Assembly: GCA_964016885.1 (NCBI GenBank) | Contig: OZ024741.1 | Coordinates: forward strand, 110,174,001-110,238,000 | DNA: 64,000 nucleotides | Reading direction: 5' to 3' | From: Eledone cirrhosa | Lineage: Eukaryota | Program-made: the position numbers and the translations under genes | The notes under the pieces: model-generated | Databases searched by the model: none | Told to the model about the DNA's origin: nothing | The model's input: only the letters and a program-made list of their open reading frames with translations | Shown here: positions 28,308 through 40,458 of the stretch, in pieces | Layout: every line of letters begins with the position of its first letter | How positions within the stretch are numbered: the first letter of the stretch is position 1

Positions 28308-28409
28308 GTCCTTCATCAGTGATCTTCCAACCTTCATTGGTATTTCTTCGCTTTAAAGATCATATACCTCTGGTTGGTGCGAGCAATAACTAAAGAAAGT
28401 TATTGGGAC
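28308..28409 (-). ncRNA. Permuted hammerhead-like structured RNA, most intact copy
   Basis: RNA sense: gtcc-caataact/agttattg hairpin-c-tcgc-a-ccaacc-aga-ggta-TA-tgatctt-taaa-gcga-a-GAAA-tacc-aatgaa-ggttgg-aagatca-CTGATGA-a-ggac. Confidence 0.7.
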
Positions 28410-28679
28410 ACGTAAAATAGGGTGAAGCGACCGAGACATGTAAACAAACATAGATGGTAATGCGGAAAGAGCGGAAGTGAAGAAACAAGTCCGTGATATC
28501 TATGAACTTAAGTTCTATGAAATCATAGACGAGAGATAAAGACCATCCGACCTGGGTGAGATGTGAGCGAGAAAAGGATTTCACACTGGTCAAACGGGAG
28601 GAAGTGAGAGAGGGGAGTAACAGTTGCATTACCATCTATGTTTGTTTACATGTCTCGCTCGCTTCACCCTATTTTACGT

Positions 28680-28781
28680 GTCCCAATAACTTTCTTTAGT
28701 TATTGCTCGCACCAACCAGAGGTATATGATCTTTAAAGCGAAGAAATACCAACGAAGGTTGGAAGATCACTGATGAAGAAC
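28680..28781 (+). ncRNA. Permuted hammerhead-like RNA, inverted copy
   Basis: As above; final ggac mutated to gaac. Confidence 0.65.
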
Positions 28782-29012
28782 TAATTTTATTTATATATAT
28801 ATATATGTGTGTGAGAAAAACCACAGACCCTCCATTTCAACTCTACTTTTGAAAAGCAGAAGAACTGCGAAACCGGTAAAGGAACCAAATAAATATATAT
28901 ATATATATTTTAAATAAGACTCCAGTTGCATTTTCGATTTCATCTTTTTTCTTTATACTTTCACTCGTGTAGGACACCTAGGTTATTTTTCATTTTGTAA
29001 AAAAAAACTAAC

Positions 29013-29052
<40 letters not shown>

Positions 29053-29105
29053 AAATGGGGAGAAGAATACTGCAGGTTGCACATGGATAACATGTAATAA
29101 AATAA

Positions 29106-29206
29106 GTCCCTCATCAGTGATTTGCCGACGATCATAGATATTTCATTGCATTAAAAATCATATACCTCACGTCGGTGCAATAATAACTAAATTAAGTTAT
29201 TAGGAC
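29106..29206 (-). ncRNA. Permuted hammerhead-like RNA, diverged subfamily copy
   Basis: Compensatory pairs ccgacg/cgtcgg, ttgc/gcaa, tgattt/aaatca, taataact/agttatta. Confidence 0.7.
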
Positions 29207-29396
29207 AATTAGAACGCGTAAAGCGAGTGAGACAAGATAACAACAAAGAGGAGAGCTAACCGTAGAAGGAAGGGAGCAAGCTTCATAGTTATTCTGTTAG
29301 CATAAGCTAGGTGAATATATGAGCGCTTAGAAGAAAGACCTTTCGGGAACGAATTCAAATGTGAGAAAGAGAGAAAATGTTTTCGTCGCGAAATAT

Positions 29397-29478
<82 letters not shown>

Positions 29479-29519
29479 TGGAAAATATGTGAAATCCTTG
29501 GTACAGTTAGGTATATTTA

Positions 29520-29687
29520 GAAAAAGGAAAAGAATCACTTCACTTATAGTTCTAAACAATTTGATTTAATTTTATAATATTATGATCTGGTAATCTACCA
29601 AATCATAATATTATAAAATTAAATCAAATTCTTTAGAGTTCTAAACAATTTGATTTACACAAGTGAAGTCATTCTTTTCTTTTTTTA
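29520..29687. repeat. Nested palindrome
   Basis: aatttgatttaattttataatattatgat / atcataatattataaaattaaatcaaatt, with outer inverted aaaagaatcacttcactt / aagtgaagtcattctttt. Confidence 0.8.
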
Positions 29688-30330
29688 ATATATATATGTG
29701 TGTGTGTGTGTGTGTATTATATAGATAGGTAGAGAGAGAGAGAGAGAGAGGGGGGGCAGGGAGAGGGGGAGTATTAAATACATCGAAGTATTCAGGTTTA
29801 TTTCTATCTCTGTGATATATATTTGGTGCCTCAGTGCTGCAGACCAGTCGATGAAACTGCAGTAGGGACTTTGAAGAAAAAATAGGTAATTCTTTGTCTA
29901 TTCTTTTCTCGCATTTATAATTTGATAATTAGCTCTGATTAAATGAATATTTTAATTATTTTGATAATTTTAACTCTTTCGATCATTGAGCAAAATCAAG
30001 GCGTATATATTTATGCATTTATGTATCTGTGTGTGTATCTTACTATTTTATATATATTTATCCTTATCGAGCCCTCTTTGGATTTTAGTCTTCAAATTTA
30101 TTATTATTACTATATATATTAGTACCGACACGACACTTCACTATGCAGGGTACAGCACTCGACGAAGTGTGCAGGTGGGTCTGTTTACTCCGGAGTATAT
30201 TTAAAATATACGACCAGCACTTTGGGAAAACAACACCAAACTTCAGCACTGAGTATATCAAAAAATCAAAATAACTGAAGTAAGCTTTATTCCATCATTA
30301 CGTTTTTCTGCGTTTTCTGTCCAAATTCTA

Positions 30331-30389
30331 GCTGTCTGATGAGGTCATAGCTGTTTCATAATGGCTATCACCGAAATATATACAACAGC
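30331..30389 (+). ncRNA. Type I hammerhead candidate (2-nt bulge at stem I)
   Basis: gctgt-CTGATGA-ggt-c-atagctgtt/aatggctat-c-acc-GAAA-tata-TA-ca-acagc. Confidence 0.65.
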
Positions 30390-30450
30390 GAATATGAATA
30401 AAAGAAGTTAATTTTAACCTCTTAACTTACACTTGTTGTTCATATATATA

Positions 30451-30503
<53 letters not shown>

Positions 30504-30928
30504 GTGCGTGTGTGCGTGTGTGTATAAACAAATACATATTAAATACCATATGCTTCACACTTTGCATTGTTTAAGTTTTACATTAAATATTTTTAGATAA
30601 ATTTATCGACCACTCTAGTAAACTATTCCATAAAAATAATTTTTTATGTATTTTGAGAAATATCTATTTATAAAAGCTTGCTTCTATACAAATATAAAAT
30701 GGTTTTAAATCTTAAATTTAGTATCAGTGGTCCAATTTGTGTGAAGTTTGCACACATACAAATATTGTATTTGTTTGTTTGTTTTTTTCCTTTTTAATAC
30801 TAAGTTTATTTATTCCGGATTGTTTGACTTCGTATTTATTATGTGATAACCACATTTTGTGGTAACTATAGCGCGTATAAAATATACGACAACACTTCCT
30901 ACAGTGTCTCTCTCTCACCACAACCACC

Positions 30929-30976
<48 letters not shown>

Positions 30977-31187
30977 TCTCTCTCTCTCTCTTACTCTCTC
31001 TCTCTCTCTGATGAACACTGGTTAAAATGTGAAACAAAAATATGGGTATTTTATATGCATTTAATTATTGATTTGTGTCCCTATATTTATATATAGGTGT
31101 GTGTGTGCGTGTTTATATATGTGTGTATATATATATATACAACTTGCATGCATACATACACACAGACACATATATATATATATATAA

Positions 31188-31263
<76 letters not shown>

Positions 31264-31600
31264 TTATATATATATATATATATGTGTGTGTGTCTGTGTG
31301 TATGTATGCATGCAAGTTGTATATATGTACGTATGCAAGTAAACAAAATAAGGCCAGAAAGAGAAAGCGCAGAAAAACAAATATTCATTGAAGAGGTCAA
31401 AGAAAGTATCAGGAAAGAACTTTGATGAACTAACTAATAATAACTAATGATAACGCTGAAGTGAAAATCAAATAGTCCGTGTTTTTTATTTGCAATATTG
31501 GCAACATGACCATCACAATATATATGTGTATATATATATATAGAGAGAGAGAGAGAGACACACACACACGCACACACGCGCGCGCACACATATAGATATG

Positions 31601-31696
<96 letters not shown>

Positions 31697-31741
31697 CATA
31701 TATATATACATATATACATATAAATATATATATATACAATA

Positions 31742-32097
31742 AAATAATAGATAAATAAACGACAGCCATCTATTCGCGATCAACAGCTGCCACGTCACAG
31801 TTCTTTTAAGGGGATCATTTAAGAAAAATCTTCGTCCAAGTGAGTTTGTTTCCTGATGATTTCGAAGCTCGTGAATTTATCCTTAATCGGATATTTCCAA
31901 AAGCGCATGAAACCCCATGGGGTAGAAACGTAACCTTGGTATGTTTATATACATTTATTCTTCTAACTGATTTTATACCTAATGGTTTATGGTTGACGAT
32001 ATATTTAATCGATTTCCACGTGCTATTGAAATGCTGGGTAAATATTCTATAGCTGTTGATCGCGAAGAGATGGCTGTCGTTTATTTATCTATTATTT
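31742..32097. mobile_element. Element with ~46-bp inverted arms enclosing an HHR
   Basis: aaataatagataaataaacgacagccatct...cagct versus agctg...agatggctgtcgtttatttatctattattt. Confidence 0.75.
31848..31929 (+). ncRNA. Type I hammerhead ribozyme with long stem II
   Basis: gtttc-CTGATGA-...tatcc/ggata...-GAAA-ccccatgggg-TA-gaaac; palindrome ACCCCATGGGGT. Confidence 0.75.
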
Positions 32098-32389
32098 CTT
32101 CATAGGTGCCTTTTAATCTTATAGCCCTGTTTAATTGGTTCTTTTTGTGGTTGATTATACTGATTAGGAGAGGAGATGGTGTATATATATCTTATCAAAT
32201 GATTCTATGGACATATTTTATTGTATATTGCTCTGATTGTTGATTATTTAATTAATTAATTCGTCATTGAGCCACATCGTGAATGGTTGCCAAAAACATA
32301 TATATATATATATATGACTTTGTCTAGTTTGTGTATATGTAAATCTTTTAAAATATATATACATACATATATGTATATACATATATACA

Positions 32390-32436
<47 letters not shown>

Positions 32437-32816
32437 ACATAAACATATATACATATATACATCTACAAATAATATATATATACATACATATTTATATATA
32501 CATAATGCGTGTTAGTGTATGTAGTTTATATATATATATATATATATATTTGTATACAGGGATTGTAACATAAAGTTACAATGTGTGTGTGTGTATGTGT
32601 ATGTGTGTTTATGTAATTATGTGTTAGCTACACACATGCACATACATATACATATATATGTGTGTGTGTGTGTGGCTAACAGACATAATTACATACACAC
32701 ACAGACACATATATACACATACACACAATCAAATATACCAGATATATAACTACACACGCCAACACTGCAAAGAGGCTCACTCACATGATTCCACATTCAA
32801 ATACATATATTTATAT

Positions 32817-32859
<43 letters not shown>

Positions 32860-32864
<5 letters not shown>

Positions 32865-33497
32865 AATATGAAAACATGGCGTGCTGCGTGGTTGCAAATG
32901 GGTTACATATGAATAAATTTAGTCCTTCATCAGTGATCTTGCAGCCTTCATTGGTATTTCATCGCTTTAAAGACCATATACTTTCGGTTGGTGCGAGCAA
33001 CGGTTAAAGAAAGTCGTTGGGACACATAAATAGGAGGAACGAGCGAGACAGTAAACAATCAAAGATGGTAATGCAACGAAAAGTGAGGAAAAAGGAGTCA
33101 AGTCCCAGAAATCGATGAACATAAGTTCTGTGAAATCGTGGACGAGAGAGAATAAAGACCATCCAACCTGGTCGAAATGTGAGTAAGGAAAGAATTTCGC
33201 ACAGGTCAAATGGGAGGAAGAAGGAGTCAAGTCCCTGAAATAGATGAACATAAGTTCTGTGAAATCGTAGACGAGAGAGAATCTTCTTCACTTTTCGTTG
33301 CGTTACCATCTTTGTTTGTTTACTGTCTCACTCGTTCCCCCTATTTACGTCTCCCAACGATTTTCTTTACCCGTTGCTCGCACCAACCGGAGGTATATGG
33401 TCTTTAAAGCGATGAAATACCATTGAAGGCTGGAAGATCACTGATGAAGGACTAAATTTATTCATATATATATATATATATATCCATATTTTTCTAT
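32860..33497. mobile_element. Fold-back copy of the 27417 family; permuted HHR motifs at 32922-33023 (-) and 33351-33452 (+)
   Basis: 32905-33085 is the approximate reverse complement of 33288-33468; (TA)n on both sides. Confidence 0.85.
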
Positions 33498-33499
33498 AT

Positions 33500-33525
33500 A
33501 TATATATATCAACTAGAAATTGATT

Positions 33526-33576
<51 letters not shown>

Positions 33577-33690
33577 TATATAAATTTTGGTGTTATATAT
33601 ATATATATATATAACACCAACATTTAGATATATATTTTAGATATATATATATCAATCAATTTCTAGTTGATATATATATATATATATATA
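33500..33690. repeat. Palindrome centred on a (TA)n tract
   Basis: atcaactagaaattgattga ... tcaatcaatttctagttgat; inner ttggtgtta/taacaccaa. Confidence 0.8.
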
Positions 33691-33695
33691 GAAAC

Positions 33696-33795
33696 ATGTA
33701 TGTCCCCGACGGCAGAGCTCAAGCCGTTTCGACGGCTATTTCTGTCCAGAAATTGCCGTCGAAACGGCTTGAGCTCTGCCGTCGGGGACATACAT
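33696..33795. repeat. Near-perfect GC-rich 100-bp palindrome; downstream tail related to 17497-17590
   Basis: atgtatgtccccgacggcagagctcaagccgtttcgacggc ... gccgtcgaaacggcttgagctctgccgtcggggacatacat. Confidence 0.9.
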
Positions 33796-34899
33796 TTTCC
33801 TATTACCCACTCTACTACCCTAAGTATTGAGTACTCTGGTGCATTATGGTCCATCTGGTTCCTTACCACAACTCCACAACTCCACACATACACATACATA
33901 TACACACATACATACACACACATAATCATACACACATATGACCACACACACCTAAACACATACACCAATACACGTCGATGCACAGCCACACACATAATTA
34001 CACTTGCACATGATCACACACAAACATACTCAGATGACCGCACACATAACTCCCTACACCAACATACAATAATTCAGAGTCACGCACAAAAATGCCCGCA
34101 CTCATATATGCACACGCACTCATATATGCACACACACTCATAACTACACACATAACCACATACACATAACCACACATACATATCCACACACACACACACA
34201 CACACACACCCACACACACACCACACACACACACACACACATGTGCATACATGACCACACAAGCACAAATACATACCGCAGCACACTCCAATGACCAGCT
34301 ATACGCATACAAGCCGACACACATAACTACACATACATAAACACATATACCAACGTAAATCAATACGCTGCCACACGCAAACAAGCCCACACATATGCAC
34401 ATACAGAACTACACACAGATATAACTATACATAGCTACATGCACACACACACATGATGACACATACATAAACACATACATCAATACACATCAATCGGTAT
34501 ACACGCACTAAGTGGGTTAATCGCACGAAATTACTACCAGGTTATTCGGTGCATTCCCAACATCCCCGCGTCTCCCACTCCACCACCCACAACACAACCA
34601 CTACCACAGTCATCCTATCTTCCCCATCCCTCGCCCTTTAATTTTCTTCCTACCCCCATCACCCCACACATCTCCCTTATAGTATTATCTCTTAGTATAT
34701 CTCCCTTTTCTTCCAACCACCAATCTCTTTCCACCCCCGCCATTATTTCATCCACATACCTGACCCCATCCTCAAGCCCGCTACCACTTTCTTCCGGCCA
34801 ATCCCTCCACATGCCACTACCATTACCACAACAACAAAAACCACCACCACCACCATCATAATCATGGACACCACAGATCAATCACCACCATAAACAACA

Positions 34900-35600
34900 C
34901 CATCACCATCACCACCAACACAACCACAATCACCAACACCATTAACACCACAACACCATCACCACCATCGCCACCACAACCACCACCACTAAAACTACTA
35001 CCACAACCAAAACCACCACCAACACCATCACCACCATCGCCACCACAACCACCACCACTAAAACTACTACCACAACCAAAACCACCACCAACACCATCAC
35101 CACCATCGCCACCACAACCACCGTCACCAAAACTACTACCACAACCAAAACCACCACCAACACCATCACCACCATCTCCACCACTACCACCACCACCAAA
35201 ACTACTACCATAACCAAAACCACCACCAACACCATCACCACCATCGCCACCACAACCACCACCACTAAAACTACTACCACAACCAAAACCACCACTAACA
35301 CCATCACCAACATCGCCACCACAACCACCACCACCAAAACTAATACCACAACCAAAACCACCACCAACACCATCACCACCATCGCCACCACAACCACCAC
35401 CACTAAAACTACTACCACAACCAAAACCACCACCAACACCATCACCACCACAACCACCACCACTAAAACTACTACCACAACCAAAACCACCACCAACACC
35501 ATCACCACCACAACCACCACCACTAAAACTACTACCACAACCAAAACCACCACCAACACCATCACCACCATTACCACCACAACCACCATCACCACCACCA
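34900..35600. repeat. (ACC)-derived minisatellite with 69-bp then 60-bp units
   Basis: aaaactactacc recurs at 34991, 35060, 35129 and onward. Confidence 0.9.
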
Positions 35601-35911
35601 CACTTACACAATGTTTGCAACAAGACAACGTAATTTGACGTTAGCGGAATATTAGGGATTTGTGGTAGGAATATGAGACACAATGAGATAGAAGGAAAGA
35701 AAGATACTGAGGGGCTGACAGCGAGGGTGAGAGATGGAGAGGAGGAAAAGAAATGCTTAAGAGATCAGAAAGTAAGAAGTTAATATATAGCTGTGTGTTT
35801 GTATCCGAAACTATAATGATTCCCAGAAGACAACCGACGAGCGGGAACTGTTCATGTGCCTGTCTTATCCGAGTTTTCTGTTTCCTTTATATATACCTAG
35901 TTTTTTTAATT

Positions 35912-35996
<85 letters not shown>

Positions 35997-36062
35997 TTTT
36001 CCTATCTTTCCGTTGCTATCCTTCTATGTTTGTTTACCTGTCTCGCTCGCTTTACGCCATTT

Positions 36063-36164
36063 GTCCCAATAGCTTTATTTAGCTATTGCTCGCACCAACT
36101 GGAGATATGTGATTTTTAAAGCGATGAAATACCAATGAAGGTTGGAAAATCACTGATGAAGGAC
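36063..36164 (+). ncRNA. Permuted hammerhead-like RNA, solo copy (cleavage triplet mutated)
   Basis: caatagct/agctattg, tgatttt/aaaatca, ccaact/ggttgg, CTGATGA-a-ggac. Confidence 0.6.
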
Positions 36165-36217
36165 TATTTTTATCATATGTAACCCATGTGCAACCACGCA
36201 GTATTCATTCTTCTCAT

Positions 36218-36264
<47 letters not shown>

Positions 36265-36296
36265 AGTATGTTTTGAAACAGTGAGCGAGTTTGAAA

Positions 36297-36424
36297 TTAG
36301 AAAATATATAGCTTTCACCGTATTTTTAACTAAAGGAATTTTAGCTTGATAACGGGGTTTAGAACCCTCAGATAAATGGAAAAAGATGAGTATTGACGTA
36401 CGTTAAAAATACGGTGAAAGCTAT

Positions 36425-36436
<12 letters not shown>
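36297..36436. repeat. Short fold-back; same family as the palindrome at 23930-23968
   Basis: ttagaaaatatatagctttcaccgtatttttaac / gttaaaaatacggtgaaagctatatattttctaa; shared agatgagtattgacgtac. Confidence 0.75.
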
Positions 36437-36517
<81 letters not shown>

Positions 36518-36726
36518 GATAAATTCACCAATTAATGGTTGGGTCTAAACCGTATGAAGAACTCAATGTAATCCGTATGTAGAAGATGTGAAGCAAAGTT
36601 TAAAATACATTTTCAACGATATAATTCATTGGATACAGAGTCAAAAATACAAATAGTAATGATCGTAAAATAATGAGTTGTACGATGAATTAATCGTTTT
36701 TTGTTTAATTTCATTGTTTCACTATT

Positions 36727-36767
<41 letters not shown>

Positions 36768-37019
36768 AAACAAGGACGAGTGGTTACTCCTTCATTACGT
36801 TTACTCTGTCTAGCTCTACACCTCGATACCGACGTGAACCTAAACATCGAGTGCTCACCCGGGTGAACCAACAGTGACTCCGCATTACACTCGCTGAAGG
36901 CCCAACTGTGGTATATGCATAAATCTAATAGAAGGTTCAACATTCCATTTTAAACAAGGATAAGATTTCAGAGTTAAACACAACTTTACACGTGCATCTG
37001 AAAACCTAATCTATGTTTT

Positions 37020-37225
37020 GACAGCCTCCGACAACGTATGACCGTCCATAGATCACAAATCAAAATACAGGAATACAGAAAGATTTCGCCAATTGTACAC
37101 CTAACCAACTTCCAAACTTTAAAATTTTCCCCATTTACAAATTCATAGACAACGCTTCTTTCATCCATCGTACCAATAAGAAAAAGTACTTCATTAACAA
37201 ATTCCAATCTCTACTTAATGGACTA
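37020..37225 (+). pseudogene. Penelope-like GIY-YIG endonuclease C-terminal fragment, followed by a pLTR-like region with a decayed HHR near 37692-37727
   Basis: Manual translation SLRQRMTVHRSQI... (frameshift) ...FKIFPIYKF...R...KYFINKFQSLLN. Confidence 0.65.
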
Positions 37226-37913
37226 AACTTCGGACTAAACTAAAACTGGAACGAACAATGAATCAAAACCAAATTCCTATGTTCTCTAAAGAGTTACCTC
37301 CCTAACACCCTACCTAATCCTTTTTCGTGTATAAATGAATTACCCTCTCTCATTTCTCTCTCCCCTACCTGACCACCCTGAATTACCTCCCCTGCATATT
37401 AACTCTCTAAAAAGGGAAATCATATCAAACCCCAGACTACCATTTACCTCCATCATGGATCAACTAAGCGCTCTTGCCATAATAACACATTTTGAACTGC
37501 TTAACCTCAAGAACTATGCCTGTAAATAATATTATTCTTTCCCATTGCCTTATCATGTTCCACATCACCCCCATTTTTTTCTTTTTTCTTTTCACTTCAA
37601 AAACCTTGTTTGTAAATAATATTATTCTTTCTTCCCCATTTCCTTAACATGTTCAACATCACCAACATTTTACACCAACACAAATTCCCCCCTTTGATAA
37701 TTCATAAAATGCTGAAACCGGTAATAGACAATTATTAAATATATAAATAAATAAATAAATGCCATTGTTAATTAATAAATAAATTAACTAATACCTTAAC
37801 ACTTCACACAAAGTAAAATATTTTGTTTTAAACATTTTCTAACCCAGAAAAAAGAGAAAAAATAAAAGGAAAAAAAATATTTTTCTTCCTCATAATCGTC
37901 TTTTTCTCCCTAT

Positions 37914-37970
<57 letters not shown>

Positions 37971-38026
37971 CAAGTATTGCACTAAGTAAAATATAACGTC
38001 TGCATGAAGAGATTATGAATTTATTT

Positions 38027-38138
38027 GCTTTGACATATGTTTCTGTGTCTATTATAAATTATACCCATATACTGACTACAATATATATTGTTCAATCATA
38101 TGCAATACTAAACTATTTATTACACTTCATCAGAAAGC
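38027..38138 (-). ncRNA. Type I hammerhead in the pLTR of the PLE, with ~85-nt stem II
   Basis: gcttt-CTGATGA-agtgt...acaca-GAAA-catatg-TC-aaagc; GUC triplet; palindrome ACATATGT. Confidence 0.8.
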
Positions 38139-38584
38139 CTATAGTAGTGTAATTCAACTATTCACTACGAGGTAGAATTCACTAATGAGGTTTTCGTTTA
38201 AGAAAATGTAAATAAGTTAAAATAGCATGAAATATAATTAGTTAGTGTGATAGTAGAGAAGAGGGGAGTGGGGATGAAGTGTTTCACACTATCAATCCGT
38301 GTGCTGTGAACAATTATTCATTGAGCAATTATTCTTTGACCATTGTTATAGGCGAAGGTTCTGGTGTTTACCGTATATGGAGATAGAGAAGGTATAAAGA
38401 GAGAGACTGAGAAAGATAAGGTAGAGATTAAGAGTAGGCTAGAGTGGGTAAGGACGAAAGGAATTAAGAAAATGGGATTGTTTTGAATAATACTGAATCA
38501 ATTGGGTTTGAAAAATTAAAATGCTACAGGAAATGTACCAAATAGGATATTGCAAAACCTAGGTATTAGGGATCCAATCTTGTT

Positions 38585-38985
38585 CTAGTCCAGTTTGTGT
38601 TTGCAATTAAATATCCTATCATGCCGGGAATTTAGAAGGTCCTTTCCCGTCGATATTTCAATTACTTCCGCCAAACATAGTTCACATGGGAGTCTTTCAT
38701 TCCGGTATGGACGGGCGATTTTTGGCACAGACCATTGTAGTGTGTGTTCAGTATCAGCGCGTTTCAGAACCCATATTTTTTTCACCAGGGCCGTAGATCT
38801 AGCTAAACTGGGGTTTTTAAATGTGTGGATGTACACATACCATCTTTTCTTGAAAATATTCGAAGTGGAACCCACATATTTATATATCCCTGGCTTAGAT
38901 TTTACCACACATTGATAAATGATATTTTTGTACAAGCATTGACCCGATAGAGGGGAATTGCTGGGATTTCTGCAGTTGCAGTTTA
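38585..38985 (-). pseudogene. GIY-YIG endonuclease domain of the PLE
   Basis: ORF 38585-38935 plus the upstream Cys linker. Confidence 0.85.
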
Positions 38986-39844
38986 TCCGTGTATAGTGTG
39001 TGGTTTCCTCCCTGGTTCCAGTGTTGGGAGTGTTATTCCGGATATTTTGTTGTTGCTCTGGATATGTGTGTAAAGTGGAAGAGACGTTGGTATTTGCGGG
39101 TGCCGGTCTGCTCAGTGTTGGAGACTGCGGATATTGTTGAGGGTTCGGATTATGTCCGGGTTTCTGCTGTTGGTATTGCCATACCTGCGGAGGCGTTTGT
39201 TATTCAATTTCATGATGAAAATGCCCAGGTTAGCTGTGGGGGAATAGGATATTCGGATCGTGTCTCTATTTAGTATTTTATGGAATTTGTGTTGGAGGAA
39301 AGTACTTGTCTATAAGTTTGAAGAAGAGATAGGATAGCTTAATAGTTACCAGATCGTTGTGCGGGGGATTATAACATAGGTATGATTTTGTGCTTGTTCT
39401 CTCCTTATTTGTCTCACCACTCAGGGGCTTTGAGCCATTGGTATTTAAATTTGGAAATTTTGTGTGGTATGCTTGTGATATTTTCCTATTGGGATGTCTG
39501 GCTTTTCTCCTGCATAATGTATCTGGAAGAAATTTTAGTGGTTCATCATAACCGGCCTTAAGTAGAGCAGCGTTATAGTAGTCCGTGAGTGTGTTGAAAG
39601 AGGATTCAGAGGCAAACAATCTGGAGATCCTAATGGATACATTTTTAACAATGGAGCTAGTGATAGTCCTAGGATGGTTAGGCCAACGATTTATGGAAGG
39701 GTTCGTGTATGCCGGAGTTAAGGTTGAGAATCACATCTAAAAGTTGATGTGTTTAAGGTCAAAAGATATTTTAAGGCCCATGCGTTGAAAGAAGGATCTA
39801 ATAGCTTTCCTTTTTTCCAATTGCTGACCATTGAAGTTCTTAAC

Positions 39845-39944
39845 TACAGGGTGTACCCAAAAATGTATACATATTTTGATTACCTGTACAGGCAATATTT
39901 ATTAGAATTTTGTTGAAGTGTGTATATATTTTTTGGGGACACAC
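39845..39944. mobile_element. ~100-bp Tc1/mariner-type MITE; second partial copy at 4141-4193
   Basis: TA-cagggtgtacccaaaaa ... tttttggggacacac. Confidence 0.65.
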
Positions 39945-39970
39945 ACACATACACTCACACACACACGCAC

Positions 39971-40027
<57 letters not shown>

Positions 40028-40033
40028 CACACA

Positions 40034-40108
<75 letters not shown>

Positions 40109-40114
40109 ACACAC

Positions 40115-40185
<71 letters not shown>

Positions 40186-40390
40186 CGTATATATATATAT
40201 ACCCGTTAAGGGTGAAAGCTGCGATACTTTGCTTGAACTTTAATCTGTTATTTTAAAGAATATTTGCTCTACGGTTTTTATATATATTTATATATATATT
40301 ATTCTGATCGAGCCCTCTTCGGATTTTAGTCTTCACATTTATTATTATTGCTATATATATATATATATATATATAGTAATAATAATAAAT

Positions 40391-40427
<37 letters not shown>

Positions 40428-40458
<31 letters not shown>

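Larger units (their letters stand above)
27417..28795 (-). mobile_element. Non-coding retro-element array: partial head-to-tail ~519-bp units plus a terminal inverted unit (28623-28795), flanked by (TA)n
   Basis: Repeated blocks starting at 27417, 27844 and 28250; tatacctctggttgg recurs at 27844 and 28363. Confidence 0.85.
37970..39840 (-). mobile_element. 5'-truncated Penelope-like element (RT thumb, Cys linker, GIY-YIG, pLTR), disrupted
   Basis: NHPRTITSSIVKNVSIRISRL...YYNAALLKAGY; CNCR...PLSGQCL; IIYQC...YVGST...FKKRW; CELCLAE...LLNSR...CKHK. Confidence 0.9.

Noticed and set aside
31008-31036. CTGATGA...GAAAC next to (CT)n
   Set aside because: No stem III, UH triplet or stem I partner
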